Source of the DNA: Phoronis australis | Lineage: Eukaryota; Animalia; Phoronida | Direction: 5' to 3' | Assembly: GCA_002633005.1 (NCBI GenBank) | Contig: NMRA01000192.1 | Span: 62,001 to 126,000, forward strand | Length of the DNA: 64,000 nucleotides | Shown: one piece after another, positions 1 to 13,800 of the stretch | Layout: the number at the start of each line of letters is the position of its first letter | How positions within the stretch are numbered: the first letter of the stretch is position 1 | Notes under the pieces: generated by a model | Seen by the model: the letters and a program-made list of their open reading frames with translations, nothing else | Database searches by the model: none | What the model was told of the DNA's origin: nothing | Translations under genes and position numbers: made by a program

Positions 1-2147
1 TGGACGTAAAGCTTGACACATAGAAACTACATTTACTTCTTGTTGAAATAAGGTTACAACAATAATCAGTACATTGAGCGAACAAAGTCATCATTCTCTG
101 CTCACGTCATGATAAACTACTGAAGCAATAAACTACTGACATTTCAGCTTACTAACAGCATTTTGGGCCTTGCACAAAGAAGCTACCGCCAAGATGCATC
201 AACAGAGTGTCAAAATGTCATCAATTTTGACAAAGTTCGCCAACCCTTCCAAGAATGGCCCTTTTACTTGAATCACATGTGATCTGTCAACTCATTTTCA
301 TAGTAGAAATCAACTACCATATGGCAAGTAAAAGTTTTGTGATCAGGTAGTAAGTGTTAAGGATGGTAACAGCGCTATATTTTGGATTTTGACAATTTTA
401 TTTTTTTTGTACCATCATAGCCTTTGATTCTCCATTTACATTTTTGTAGAAAAACTAAATTGATTAAACGAACTTCTAAGTTGTCAATTTGGTCCAATTT
501 CTGAATTTTACCCCATAGCACTGTTTAGCACACTTAACAGTAGCTGAGTCTAAAAGAAGCCAAGGTAGTCCATAAGCTCAAAACAAAAAACAAAAATGGC
601 CATAATCATACCACAACACAACGAACCTTTGTCAGAAAACAACAGGCCAGGTAGACATAATGGTCCTGGCTCAGGGATATAATGGAAATTTAAGAAAAAA
701 GTTGAAATTCTTCATTGATGACTTGACCTCGACCATAACAATATTCTGATAAACGACTGCAAAAAGGATTGATTTTTAATAAAAAATGATTGACAAAAAT
801 GTTTTCTTTGGTTTTTGTCAAGTTTTGAGTCATGGGTATTACATTGCATAATGAAACTTTAATGACTGAGGAAAATTGAAAAATGCTCAGTGTTTCTATC
901 TCCCTCAGTCAGCTCATTTCAAGATGTCAATGCTTTGGCCTACATAGCAAGGAAATACCATTTGAGCCCACGAAAAACTACATCAATTCAGAAAACAATT
1001 TTGGAAAAAATACGAAGCTGTAGAAATAATTAGTCAAATCTACTCTACCCACACATGAACTCAGCCTTGTGTTGGAAAACTCGACTTTCATAAACAGAGG
1101 TTTTTAAGGATATCACAGAAAGCAACTTTTAGACTGATACAATACATATAGTTGAAAACAAATCAAAGTTATACAGTGGACGCAATTATCCTTGCTACCG
1201 AGCCCACTTCTTTGTAAACAGTTCACAGTCTATGTCTCCATTCTCCCACTGATTTGAACCACTGTTTAAGATTTTGACTAAAAACCAAACATTACTGAAG
1301 AGCTTTCAGGCATTATCGGTTCTCTCAACATGCTGGACAATGCGCACTAATCTGCTATGGTCAATCAGGTTCAAGGGTCCTAGAGAACGAGCAGATTAGG
1401 CACTGAAGAGATTTACAAACACACGTGTTAGAATGCTTCCTAAGCCATAACTAGTATACCACCACCGATGTAATCCTGCGTAGTTCCATAGTGGTGGATG
1501 TCTCCTGCTCGTTTTGAAGATCCCTCAATAGAATTTATAGCTAATTAGTACTTACTGGACCCAAAGCTTCTGAAACAAACCTGACTACACAGTCATATAC
1601 TTTGTTGTTGAAGACAATAAATATGTCCTTGACTACTACAACATCACCATTTGCCAGCCAGTTCATTACAAGAAACAAAAAAAAATAAAATAAAAATGAT
1701 CTATTTTGTTTCTTGATTATCTTCCAGTATTTGCACCTTTATTGAAATATACATTGTGCATCGTCCAACAATGATTTCTGGATCGTTTTCACGGAGAACA
1801 AGAAATTATAACGGACCCCAAAAACTTTAGAAGATGGACCCCACTGTTTGCATGTGCAGGGTTCGCGCTGAATACTCACAGCCCAATTAATACTTGATAA
1901 CTCTATAGCTACTACAATAAGCGCACCTTCCAATCTAATAAGAGCATAATCAAGCATAACAAAGAGAAACAATTTCTAATACCATCACATTAGCTTTACT
2001 CCAAAACTAGAGCTTAGCAAGGCAATTATATTTACAAAGACTACCTATTGTATGAACGACAGAGACACTAAGGTTATGTACCACCACAGAAAAATGTCCA
2101 AATTTAGGAAACTTTGGAACACCATATCTCACAGGATTTCGAAAATA

Positions 2148-2617
2148 GGGTGTCCAAAATGGGGTTCCCAATATTCCAGGGCGTCCATAATTCCGACGCG
2201 TAACCTCCACCCCCAGCAATCCCCCCAAATACACAGATTTTTTTTACAAAAAATGCATAGACCAAGGTTTTTACATCTAAATTTACAAAACAGCCTTCTG
2301 TAGTGAGCATTTTTAATAAAAAATTGGTGTAGACCAAGACTTTTACAATGCAATCAACCAAGTGTGAGCATAGCAACATTGTATATACTTTGTATATACA
2401 TTGTATATTTCTTCCTGCTTTGAAAAGAGTCTCCCCCCCCCCACCGAGCCTTCAGAGGCTTCCTAGTAATCATTACAATGTGTGTGTGTCCAAACTTGAA
2501 AGGTTCCTATTGACAGTGGGCGTCCAAATAATACATTGGGCGTCCTGGCCAGAGCTTCCATATTAGTGCTAGGGCGTCCATTTGGACGCCCAGGACGTAC
2601 GCTGCATAAACGCCTGC
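2148..2617. mobile_element. Probable non-autonomous DNA element with reiterated GGGCGTCC motifs and a terminal hairpin
   Basis: GGG(C/T)GTCC recurs at ~2148, 2178, 2518, 2538 and 2572, followed by a perfect hairpin gggcgtcc-attt-ggacgccc (~2572-2591). Boundaries and TSD are not resolved. Confidence 0.4.
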
Positions 2618-5600
2618 TCAGAGATGGTTAATCAGATTCACATGAAACCACCAAATACTCTGCTTTCTACGTTGCTCTCGAAAATGTTGGTAAGGAGTTG
2701 TTTTAAAGTACATAATTACACTTTTGCTACAAAGGGCTAACAAAAATGATTTGATGGAAAAATCAAAAGTTGGATAAAATGAAATGAAATATTTTATAAA
2801 CTTTAACATCATTTTTGAGATTTCATTTACATCAGATGAAATTCGGTCATGTTAACGATAAGGTTGTCTTTAGATGATTGTACCTTTCTTTTTTGCTTAA
2901 TTCTAATAAAACCTAATTAAAGACAGATTTGTATAAAATTGAAAATTAAAAGTCCATAGGCTTTTTACTTTCAGAAAATATACCCCGTAATTACTTTTAA
3001 AGAATTATTTTTCAATGTTTTGCACAGATTTGTCGATAAGTTTCTATATGACCTTAAATGAAATGTCTACCCTGGACTAAGCCAGCCGGTGCATTGTAAC
3101 ACAAGGCCCCACTGGGTCACATTCACACCTACCCTCTCCAGATACTCAACACAAAAAGATGGAGCTAATTTGTCAGGCCGGATTCCCTGTCCTGGGAATG
3201 ACATTTCATTCCTTTAAGTGGCTGGAGATGTCATTACAAGTGACAGTAGATGTCAAAGTGGCCTGAAGAGGGCAGGAGAGGCCCTCTTGCACCTCATAAC
3301 AATGAAGGGAGTGATGTAAGGAGACAGAGGGGTGAGTGTGTGCAGGTAATCAGTACCTTTGAGTGGCCACCTACATCTAATGTACCACACTGAGACATTT
3401 ATGATGTTGTTGAGTGTCTGGTGATGGCTCAAGGCAAAGAGAAATTCCAACTAACGAAGACCAAGAATGGAAACTGGGATCATGAAGACATTAGTTGACT
3501 CGAACGTGACCGGGATTTTATGGGTGACATACAAATGTTTAGGCCGCATTAGCCGTTATGATTATAGATATTGTCAATCTGAAACCTTTCTTATGAAGCC
3601 ATTCTGAGGTATTAGCTTATTCAGTAACTCAACAAAAATTACTATGGAAGGAAAATGAAACTGAACACAGACATCCAGTCAATGACTAACACAGCGTAAA
3701 AATCGTAGAGGCAGAAAGATCAGTCCATTGATATGCTGTCTGACGAAATTCACACCTGAACACTTGTCTCAAATCAGGAGGCAGACCTGTCTTCTTACTC
3801 TGAGAAGGCCACATTCCAAAGAGATTCGATTTGTAGATACTGTAAACTCTGCCCTCCCATAGTGATGGCATGGGATCGGCCAGAATACTAGTATTTTGCT
3901 TATTAATGCTATGTTAACTAGTTGTAAGGCAACAGAGAGTATGACTACGTGAATATTCATAAGTGACTAATCTGCCTTCTGACCACACGTCCGGTCTACC
4001 GTCTAGTGAACGTTCACACATGAACATGATAATAACTTGTCTTTCACCTTTCACTGTTTCTGTACCACACACTTCATATTTAGCAATGCTAATAAAAGAA
4101 TACTGAAACTGTCACTGTGTCCTTGTGACAAAAAAATCTTAATCAATAAGTCATAGGTACTTTCCTCGATACCTGCATCAGCCACGAAGCGTTAAGTTCT
4201 AAATCATTATAATGATGTCTGGGCAGGGTAAAAATAATGACCTCGGTTAAGTGATGATAATTTTAGTACATCGTAGTACTTGACACTGAATGCTGAGGAA
4301 TGCAAATGTAACGATGCACACATGCATGCACTCACAAACATGCATACAAGAACTCATTTCCAAAACGCTGAAATTATAAAAAATGAGCCTACGGTGAAAC
4401 CTCACCAATCTTTAACAAAAATAATTGCCGAAATTGATGATCTTTTTTCATTTCCAAGGACTTCAAACTTAGTTTTGAATGTTCATAATCTTTAAAAATA
4501 TTGTTTGGTGCAAGATATGGTACAGAGGTTGTAAAACACGTAAAAGTGTTAATTTTGAGCTGCGGACCTTTTATAGAAAAAAATGAAGGAAATAATATTT
4601 CACCCGTATGTCATAACGCGTCGCAAATTGGTGGAATTTTCCCCTGTAGTGAAATTTTCAGCTGAGCTAACACGAAAAACAGGTGAATGTCAAGAGATAA
4701 GTTATGTCTATTATAGATGGCCATGCTTGAGGTCTAAATGAAGACTATTGAGGAGACATAAGGGTGAAAGGGTTTCATCAAGCGTGACAACAGCGTTATT
4801 GCACAGTTAGGTCATCAAAGGAGGGCAAAGAGCAAACCAATTGAAAAAAATCGTGGTGTGGATACTAGGCGTCACCAACAGGCACTGACGAGGCTACAGA
4901 CTACTCATAAAAAGGGATACAGTCGGATAAAGCTTTAAGAAACTTCTCGTCAATCGATCAATCATAAATGACATAATTAAAAGGTGATTATACACCTTTA
5001 AAAATTACTGATGCAGGATTCCTCCCAGAGACACCTTGCAGTTGTGCAGCATACAATTCCTAACACGTTTAGGTTACACAATACCCCTCCTGATTACACT
5101 CACATTGTCTATATGGAGCACTGACACCAAGATATCACTCAATTCATTGCCTGATGTACGTACAATACAAATAAAACCATGTAGGTAGTAAACAGAAGTA
5201 ACAATGGTATAAACCTGCCTTCTTTAAAAATAATGTTTCATTTAGGCCATTTACGTTTGCAAAAGTGGTCTCAACATGTTCATAATTCAGTCCAGAAGTG
5301 GTATCTGAACTTGGGAACAACATTATTGTGACAAAGCTGTGAACACCAGCAGAGTCAAGCTAGCTAAGTTGGTCAACAAGTCAATGGCTTGGCCATTAAG
5401 ACCACACCTTTCCCTAAAATTCTGGCAGCAACCAACAACTAAACTAAGTTCGCCTTAGTCAATTTTTCTTCGAGGCTAGACCACATCATTAGACAATGAT
5501 GTGACTTTCACACCTCCGCACAGAAAGCAACTGCCCATCCTTGCATTATTCTGAAGATAAGAGTGCGGTTATTAAAAACCACTTGAATGTTTTTAACAGG

Positions 5601-7423
5601 TGCCTCGGAATTTAAATAGATAACAACCAAGGTCACATAATTAGGTTAAGACCAACCGGGGCCAGCTCAAGTTGAAGTCACGATTGGAGTTGAAAAACAA
5701 AAAATTGTACCAAAAATAATCCTAAATCATTATTCTGAATTGTAGTTGATGGTGCAGTTTAATAATACTTTCTAATAATGATACACCAAAATATTTAGTG
5801 AAGATAAAAACAAATCCATCCTTTTCTTTCATTGTTAATGCCAAAGGTATATCCTGATGATGGTGTTAGAGGAAAGATGAAACACTGATATGAAATCAGA
5901 TGTTAGCATCTGCACCTACGATTTGATTATTTCTATTTCTTGACATTTCCACATTTTTCATATCAGTTTCAACAAAAACTTGCCAGGGACAATAAAATCG
6001 TCAAATGTACACCAAATACTAGAATGACACTGAATTGTTTTAATGTAGTCTAAGTGATTAAGACTTACTGTTAAGCTATGTTGATGAAAAATGTGATCAC
6101 TTATATAAGTTATAACAATTGTTAGCGAAGTTACATTGCAATGACAGAGCCATCTATTGGTTGAAACTAGAACAAACAAGCAGACAAATGAGCAAATAAA
6201 AAGAAACACTGATGAAATCATTCCGAATGACAATGTGGTGATGAAATACTCAAGTGTGGGCAAAGCAAACTAAAATGTCATCAACCGATTGAAAGGCTAG
6301 AATTTCTTATACCACCTGCTGTGAAGCAAAAGTTCCTTTCTATACAAACAAGGACGACACTGGTCACTGACCCCACTACACCAACTGGCACTAGGTGAAT
6401 GTCTCTCAATTCAAGTGTTTTGTCAGTATTTGAGCATAAGACACAGCTTTAAGGTAATTTGCTAACTTCATTACAAAGGACCGAATTTCTTAAATAACTT
6501 CTGGAGTATTAATAGTAGACTGCACAACTATATATTTCAAAATTGTCGATGAGCACATAATTTTATGTCCAGATTTTAAAATCATGTGACTGCGCTTTTT
6601 TCTAAAAAATCATGATTTTTCACAAAGATCATCATGTTTTCCATAATTTTTTTTCGCAAGAAACTTGAGAAATCCATTTCTTTATTCTACAAATAATTTT
6701 CATTTAAGCATTTATTTGGTGCTACTTGTCTGCTGCATTGTGTCCTAAATTGGTGAGATTTTTCTAAAATCCTGTCTAGCGTCAATATCCCAGACACAAC
6801 AACATACTTTAGTATAGGCTTATCTGGCCAAAACTTGACCCTATCCTGAACAAATAGAAATACCCTCGGACTTTACACGGACTATTGGCGATGACGTATC
6901 TGCCACTATTTTGACGAGATTTGGACCAACAAATAGGAATAGAAATAGATATACAGTCACATCACATTGTCAAACATTTCGCAGGACTTGGGATATCTTT
7001 TCATTCAGGTAACCACTTGGACACTTAAGTACTTGCAACTTTCACAAAATCATGAGTTTGGAATAAATGGTTATATAATTCTCAATGCCTTAAAGCAGTA
7101 CATTAAACCTGACCTAATTATCAATAGAACTGGCATTTTAATTTTAGTGAACTGAGTACAAACTGTCAACATGACTTCATACTAAACAAGCACATAAACA
7201 AGCTACAGAACAAGACAAAAGTGATCAGACAAAATAGCGGTTCTCCGTCACGACGACCAATTCATTCAACAGCCAAAAATCACTGGTTATAACTATTAGG
7301 GCGGCAAAGTTATAATTACAGAATGGCTTAGTCACCTGTTTAACTGCCCAGTTTGTTCCTCTTCATTATCGGTCATAAGGGAAGACTACTCTGATGACGA
7401 ATTTGGCTTCCACCATCAACTAT

Positions 7424-7566
7424 AGTACATGGACCGCCAACTCCGCATATTTTCAATGGACGAAATATGTGATCTTATGCATAAGCTGTGACATCACTAT
7501 TCACTAGCGACACCAGGCAAACATAGCAAGTTTTACTTGCAGCAAGTACGTTGTCTGCTAATCATG
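7424..7566. repeat. Dispersed repeat, copy 1 (inverted copy at 23064-23206; weaker relative near 27250)
   Basis: agtacatggaccgccaactccg...tctgctaatcatg aligns by eye with the reverse complement of 23064-23206. Confidence 0.8.
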
Positions 7567-7848
7567 GTCGACTGTTGTATGGTCGGGTGCATGACCAGTA
7601 GCATTGCCAAAAGTACTCACAATACTAAGAGTTCTACTATTGGAAGACTTTGAACAGCGTTTCAATGTCGAAATTATTTTTTTTTCGTTGTACTGGACAG
7701 TAAAGTAAATGCAAGGATTTCCCGTCACAATACACCAACCAGAAGCTGATTTGCTATGTTTAAAGGGTGGTGCCTACTCTAGGATATTACGCAAAAAAAT
7801 GTCGAAGTTGCAAATCTGTTGTCTATAATCTCTGCTTCCACCCAGTCA

Positions 7849-10800
7849 TCATTCCAGGAATTCCGGGTCATTTTGTCTGAATACTTTTGACTTGTACTAT
7901 ACTAGTTAGCGATGTTCTTAGTACAATCTATTGCCACCATGACAATCACATACCTGGCCGTCCGTTTGTCCCACACCTGCTCCTCTTGATCTTCATCTTC
8001 GTCATTGTCACCAATCCAGTCTTCATCACCAGGGTGAGCTAACTGTTGGCAGTGAATTTTATTTTTTTTCCTGAAACAGTAAAGCACAAAGTTCACACGT
8101 GATACATTTGCTTAAATCAAGCTCAATTTTCAGGTTATCAAAAACTATTTTGTACGACATCAATTGCTTTTTCTGCAAATTCAACACATTAATCTTAATT
8201 TGTGTTTTCCATGGTGGCCATGAGTGTAGCAGATCTGATCTCACCAGTATTTGTTGAAGCCATCCCTGACAGTGTATTCATTTAATGCATAAAATGATTT
8301 ACTAACCCCTAAACTCTACATTATCTGCCCAGTTCATGAATAATGAGACAAGAAGCAGCGAACATAATAAAGGAAGTTACGTAGGACCTTATTGATGAGT
8401 CTGGTGTGAATTTAGTCAAATATGTACAAAACTAGATTTAATGGTAAAAGTATACATTTTTGAAATGCGGAAAGCTTGTAGAATTTGATTTTCGACTTAA
8501 TACCAATTTGCTGTTAATTGGGTAATCTGATCATGAGTTTATAGTAAAATTTTTAATAGCAAAACAGAAACTTATATTTATAAGAAAAATGGCTCCCACA
8601 CTAATTTTGTTTGATACAAATATTCAAGATGAAATCTTAAAAAAGCTTTTACATTTTTCTAAATTATTTATTTTGCTTCAATATTAATCAAATTTTTATT
8701 TTTTATAAAAAATCATAAGTTTTGTTTAAGCCCCTCCAACACAAGCAGAACCTTTTAAACACAATTACTAAAAGCGCTCTAGGAGGTGTGCCTAAAACAA
8801 ATATCTGAAAGTTCTATATAAATCCGATCTCCACTTATGAGATATGATGATATGACAGTTATCCAAATTTGGACATTTTTCTAGAGTCCTACATAACCTT
8901 GACCTTTGACTGGGTCGGCAGATGTGTTACAATCAGACAGTTAAGGGGAAGGAAAGGTCAGCGAACAACTCCTGTCAATTAAAGTGATTTGTGCTATTCA
9001 TTCACACATTCCCACTTAAGCACAATAGAGCCAACTCTAAGGCAAACCAAAACCATGCATAATTGCCACACAAAGACAACAAGTGTCCTACCTGTAACAT
9101 CTATCACCATACTGACATTGTGGACGTGTCTTCTTTTTCTGTGCTTCTACCTTCTGATTGGCTGGAATGTAGCTACCCTCACTCTGCTCACTCTCAGATT
9201 CTTCTGATACAGACGGTGCCTTTTTTCGTCTACGCGGTTTTGGTTTGGGCTTGGCGGGAGTGTTCTTGGGCTACCAAGAAATGACCGTAAAGTTCTGATT
9301 TGAATGTATCGAAGACGTGGGTTCACATAATGCTTTAGAACTAGAACGTTATGAAATGGTAAACTTCTGCAAGCTTCTTATATCATCACAGTTTTCAGTC
9401 AATTTTTACCAGTAAACAAATACCTTAACTGAGTGTTCATGAAATAATTGACAACAAATGCATTCCTGAGTTAATAATTTAATTTCATTGACAAAATTTG
9501 AAACTTGCATAAAGTTTTCAAAATAACTACCTTTCGACGACTCTTTTCCCAGTCGCTTCCTGAATCTTCCTCCATACTCTCATCACTATCATCATACCGC
9601 CTAGGGCGCCCTCTTTTGCCACGTGTTGCAGGTTGCTGAGGGGAAAAATAGTATATCAGTTCTACCCCAGACAAACTAACACACAAACACACAGAAAAAC
9701 AAAACATTAAAAATAGTATGAATAACCGATTGAACAATCCAGAAACTAAATAGTAAAAAATGTTATTCTTTATCAATTGATGAAGATTCCTGACAGCCTG
9801 TCATGATCCAGAATTCACTTTGAACTGAACTGAGGATCTAAACAATTAATTGCTTAATAACACAGGACCTCATTGCAACACACGCAGTTATCATCTCTAT
9901 CAACACAAAAAATGGCCCTTGAACTCAACAATTCCCTTGTTGTGTATAAAAGGAAGTAAACACCAAAATACCTTCTGTTGACCAAACAGCACGAGATTTC
10001 CATGATAAAAAACAAAATTGATCTATCGCCTATATTTTTCTATTTACTAACCCGTCCTTTCCTCTTGGGTGTTGACTTCGACTTCTTTGCTGAGGCCCAG
10101 TCACTGCCAGAGTCTTGGTCGACTTCATCAGCAACAAAGTCGCTGTCTTCGTCGTCTTTCTTCTTCTTAGGGGGACTACGTTCCACTGACTCTTCTGAGA
10201 ACTCCGCGTCGCTCAGAACCAGGTCATCCGCTGGAAGCAAGTCATCGAATAATAATAATGACACTAAGAAAAACACCATGTGGTGCCCCCTTTGGACTCT
10301 ATGATTCATGTTCAAGTTAAAGGTTAATAGGCCACAAAAGCATTCATAGAAAAACACATGATTCATGCCGCCTTTGTCCTCCTCTTTTAAGTTTCCAGCA
10401 CACCCCATAGAATTTTATTGCCTATTTCATAACTGATGAAAATGCCAATTCCCAAGTGAACACATACTATAACTTGGTCTGTTTTGTGATGCCTGTCGTC
10501 GTGGACGCGATGGGGTAATGGGTCCTTGCGGTTCCTTGTGCCGTGCTGTTTTACGCTTGGGTTTGACTTCCTCTTCTTCCGACGACAAGCCGATGTCTTC
10601 GTCAGAACTGTCTGCTTTCCTTCTCTTTGGTTTGGCTGCTAGAAGTGATAATTATTACGGCTTGAATCTCTGTCTTAATATTTATTTTTGCACCCACAAC
10701 AACATGCCCAAAAATGTGGTATGTAACATCACACGCAACAATACGTTAAGTCAGTCAAAATCACCACATTCAAACTATAACAAATCAGTTATGTAGCAGC

Positions 10801-13800
10801 TAATCTATTCACACAAACGCTAATTCTACCAGGTACATGGTGGAATTGTGTAAAATAAAGCCAATAATTCTCAGCTATTAAAGATGTCACAGCATGTGAC
10901 TGCAAGATATTCTTCAAATTCTACATTTCCAGAATGTCTTCTCCAGAAATGTTCAGATATAACTTTGTTTTTTGACAGAAAAGTTTCCTTGAGACACGTT
11001 TCGTTGATACAATTTTGTCACTATTAAAAATCTTACAAACAGCGCAGCTACTGAAAACTTCATATTTCAAAAACACATGGCAAACAGATGCTATGTTTCA
11101 ATCTTACATACAAGCTTCGTCAAGCAAAGGAGAAAAAAGCGTCACAGAATTGATAGCAAAGAGTCGGGGCAACACGGCAAACAAGGATGGCACATCTGTA
11201 AAAACACTGAATGATGTTTTGGTCCAGTGACTCTTGGGCATTGACTCAGAGTTGCTTTACGCACATTGACTCTTTGATGTAAAGGTTTTCTTTGCTGGAC
11301 TCATGCTTAACAATAGTGACATCAACTGAGAATAATGACTTTTCACACTACTGCAATCACAAATCTCTTTTGCCTGATGATGCTCAAACGTAAGAGTGAA
11401 ATGTTGTGTAAAAACTATGTATTTCTGTTTTTTTGATGATACGTAATCAATTTCGGCACTGTTTCATTATGAGACCCAGCAGAAACAACATTTGTGCTAT
11501 TTCAATACATTTGGTAGTGAGTGAGGTAATGTAATAGATGTGGGAGTTAAAAAGCAGACGATAACTCCTTCAAAAATGTAGAAAATTATGAGTCGTTGCT
11601 TAACTTACTTGAGATGAAATGCAATGTTTCACCAGCCTCTGCTTGCTTTAGCAAAGCCTGTGACCTCTGGTGGATTCGGTCCAAGTTGAGAAAATCAGTG
11701 GGAAACTTTAGTCAGAATCCTGTCTCAGGTGTGTTATAGGTTGAATCTAAGGCCTCCTGTTCAGTTCAAAGATGGATTTTCAATTCTTTTGTTTATACAC
11801 TCCTTGACTCGCCGTTCAAACCAGTGTTTCTCCTTGTCAGGAATTACTACATGGTCAAGGTCAAAGGTGTGACCAGACCCATGAGTGGGTAAATATGGCA
11901 GTCATTAGTGTCACCATAACTAGACCAATGATGTTGGGCAAGCATGCTTTCAAGGACTGCTTAGTTTCACCTACATAAGTTTAGGCCACCCAACACAATG
12001 TACTCATGTTCGTTTTTGGCCATAACATGAGGATCAAATTGACAATCAACGTCGAGTACTTGTAATAAAGAAGGAATTCTATAAAACCTTGTCCATTTTA
12101 TCTCCACACTGTATAGACCCCAATAGGCATCTTTTCCTTACCAAGGTTGCTTGTCCTTGGGATACATGAGTTCTTGTCTCAAAGTGACAACAGGTTTGAA
12201 AGACAGGGTGATATCAAATGCCCTGAACACAGATCGTAATTGTTTAGAAAGTCTTTCTACAAAAGACTTCGAATCAAAAACAAGGCTTGAGATTCAACCT
12301 ATCACACCCCTGGGACAGAATTCTGACCAAAGTTTCCCGCCGATTTTCTCAACTCTGACTGAATCCACCACATGTCGTACAGCCTTGAAAAAGACAGCAG
12401 AGGCTGGCGAAACATTGTCTTTCATCTCAAGTAAGTTCAGTAACGACTCATAATTTTCAGCATATAATTCTCATACTGAATGAGTCAAACAAACATCGAT
12501 TCTCACAAATAAAGTACAAGGACCTGAGTTTCCGAACGAAAAGTTGACAACTTCTTAACATTAAGATGGAGAATTCATGATGTAATTAGCTGATCCATTC
12601 TTAAACAGATGTCAATTCTACAAATCATGCACCAACCTTTTGTAACACTTGTCGGCGGTCGGCCCCGCCCCCTCTTTGCGGGGGTGCCCTTAGCTGCGGG
12701 TCTACCCCGCCTTTTGGCTGGACTTTTGACAGGCTCTGCCTCTTCTGAGCTTCCTGTATCCTCCATCATCCACTCTGGCAGTTTGCGGCTCTTTTCCAGA
12801 GGCAGAGCCATTTCTTTGTCACCCACAGTGGCAATTTTGTCACCATCTTTAACCTTAAAGTGAAAAGACATAAAACATTTAGATAATAACATATACACAT
12901 TACAATGCTGTACAATTGTTCAGTTTTTCAGCATTGTGAGCAGGAAAGATTAGAATTTTGTGACATTAACCCTAAATAAATGATTTTTTAAGGATAAATT
13001 TAGTATTAAAGATCTAGATAACTCTGGGGAAGTTAAAATTTAACAAATATTATGAAATTTGGAAAGACTAAGTCCTAATACACCTTGTTCATGCAGTCGC
13101 CATTTCAAAAGTGAGCCTCGTTTTAGGTTTTAAAAACAATGCATTTTGCACTTAATCACAACGTAAAGCGTGACTTTTTTCGCGTGCCTCGTTATATTTA
13201 TGTCTCAAATGCATTGTTTTTAAACCTAAAAACAGGCTCACAGCTAAAACGGCGACTGCGTGAATAAGGTGTATAGTCCATGAGCTGGCCGCCAAATTCG
13301 CGATTTGATTTCCAAAAATGAGAACAGTAAGAGAATCTGAGAAATGATAATCTTGACAAGCCATGCTGGGAATGCAGGTATCTAGAGAGCTTTCCATAGA
13401 ACCCTAACTATGTATAGTTCATTAACTTGTGCAAGCTATTTCAATTTGTGTTACTGCAACTATGGAGAATCCTGTTCACTAAGTTTACATCGTATTTACA
13501 TCTTACCCCTGATTCTCCGTTTTCATCTTTTTTTATTTCTTCACTCGCATTCTTCTCTCCAGCCTTTTCACCGGAATCTGCAACAAAAACAGTCTTTTTC
13601 AACAACCAATTCTAGAAACATTCTTGCTTCATCCAGTTCTGCCATTGTTACGGTTATGTAGGACCATACTGACAAGTCTGCAAAATTATCCAAATATCTA
13701 CAAAATTAGAGAATTTAACTCTGACAGCAAAAGTATGTACTTTCTGAAAACAGAAATTCCGTAGAATTTGATTGTTGACTTGATGCCAATCAGCCATTAA

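Noticed and set aside
3060-3480. GC-richer segment as an exon or conserved enhancer
   Set aside because: No recognisable protein motif or consistent splice frame; conservation cannot be assessed without alignments.
1-7848. Further APLF exons (second PBZ) or another gene
   Set aside because: No CxYGxxCYR-type exon or other recognisable coding motif was found by eye; short exons could have been missed.
9978-12863. Plus-strand ORFs 9978..10304, 10518..10796, 12151..12453, 12609..12863 as genes
   Set aside because: They are antisense shadows of APLF exons or part of an inverted-repeat arm.
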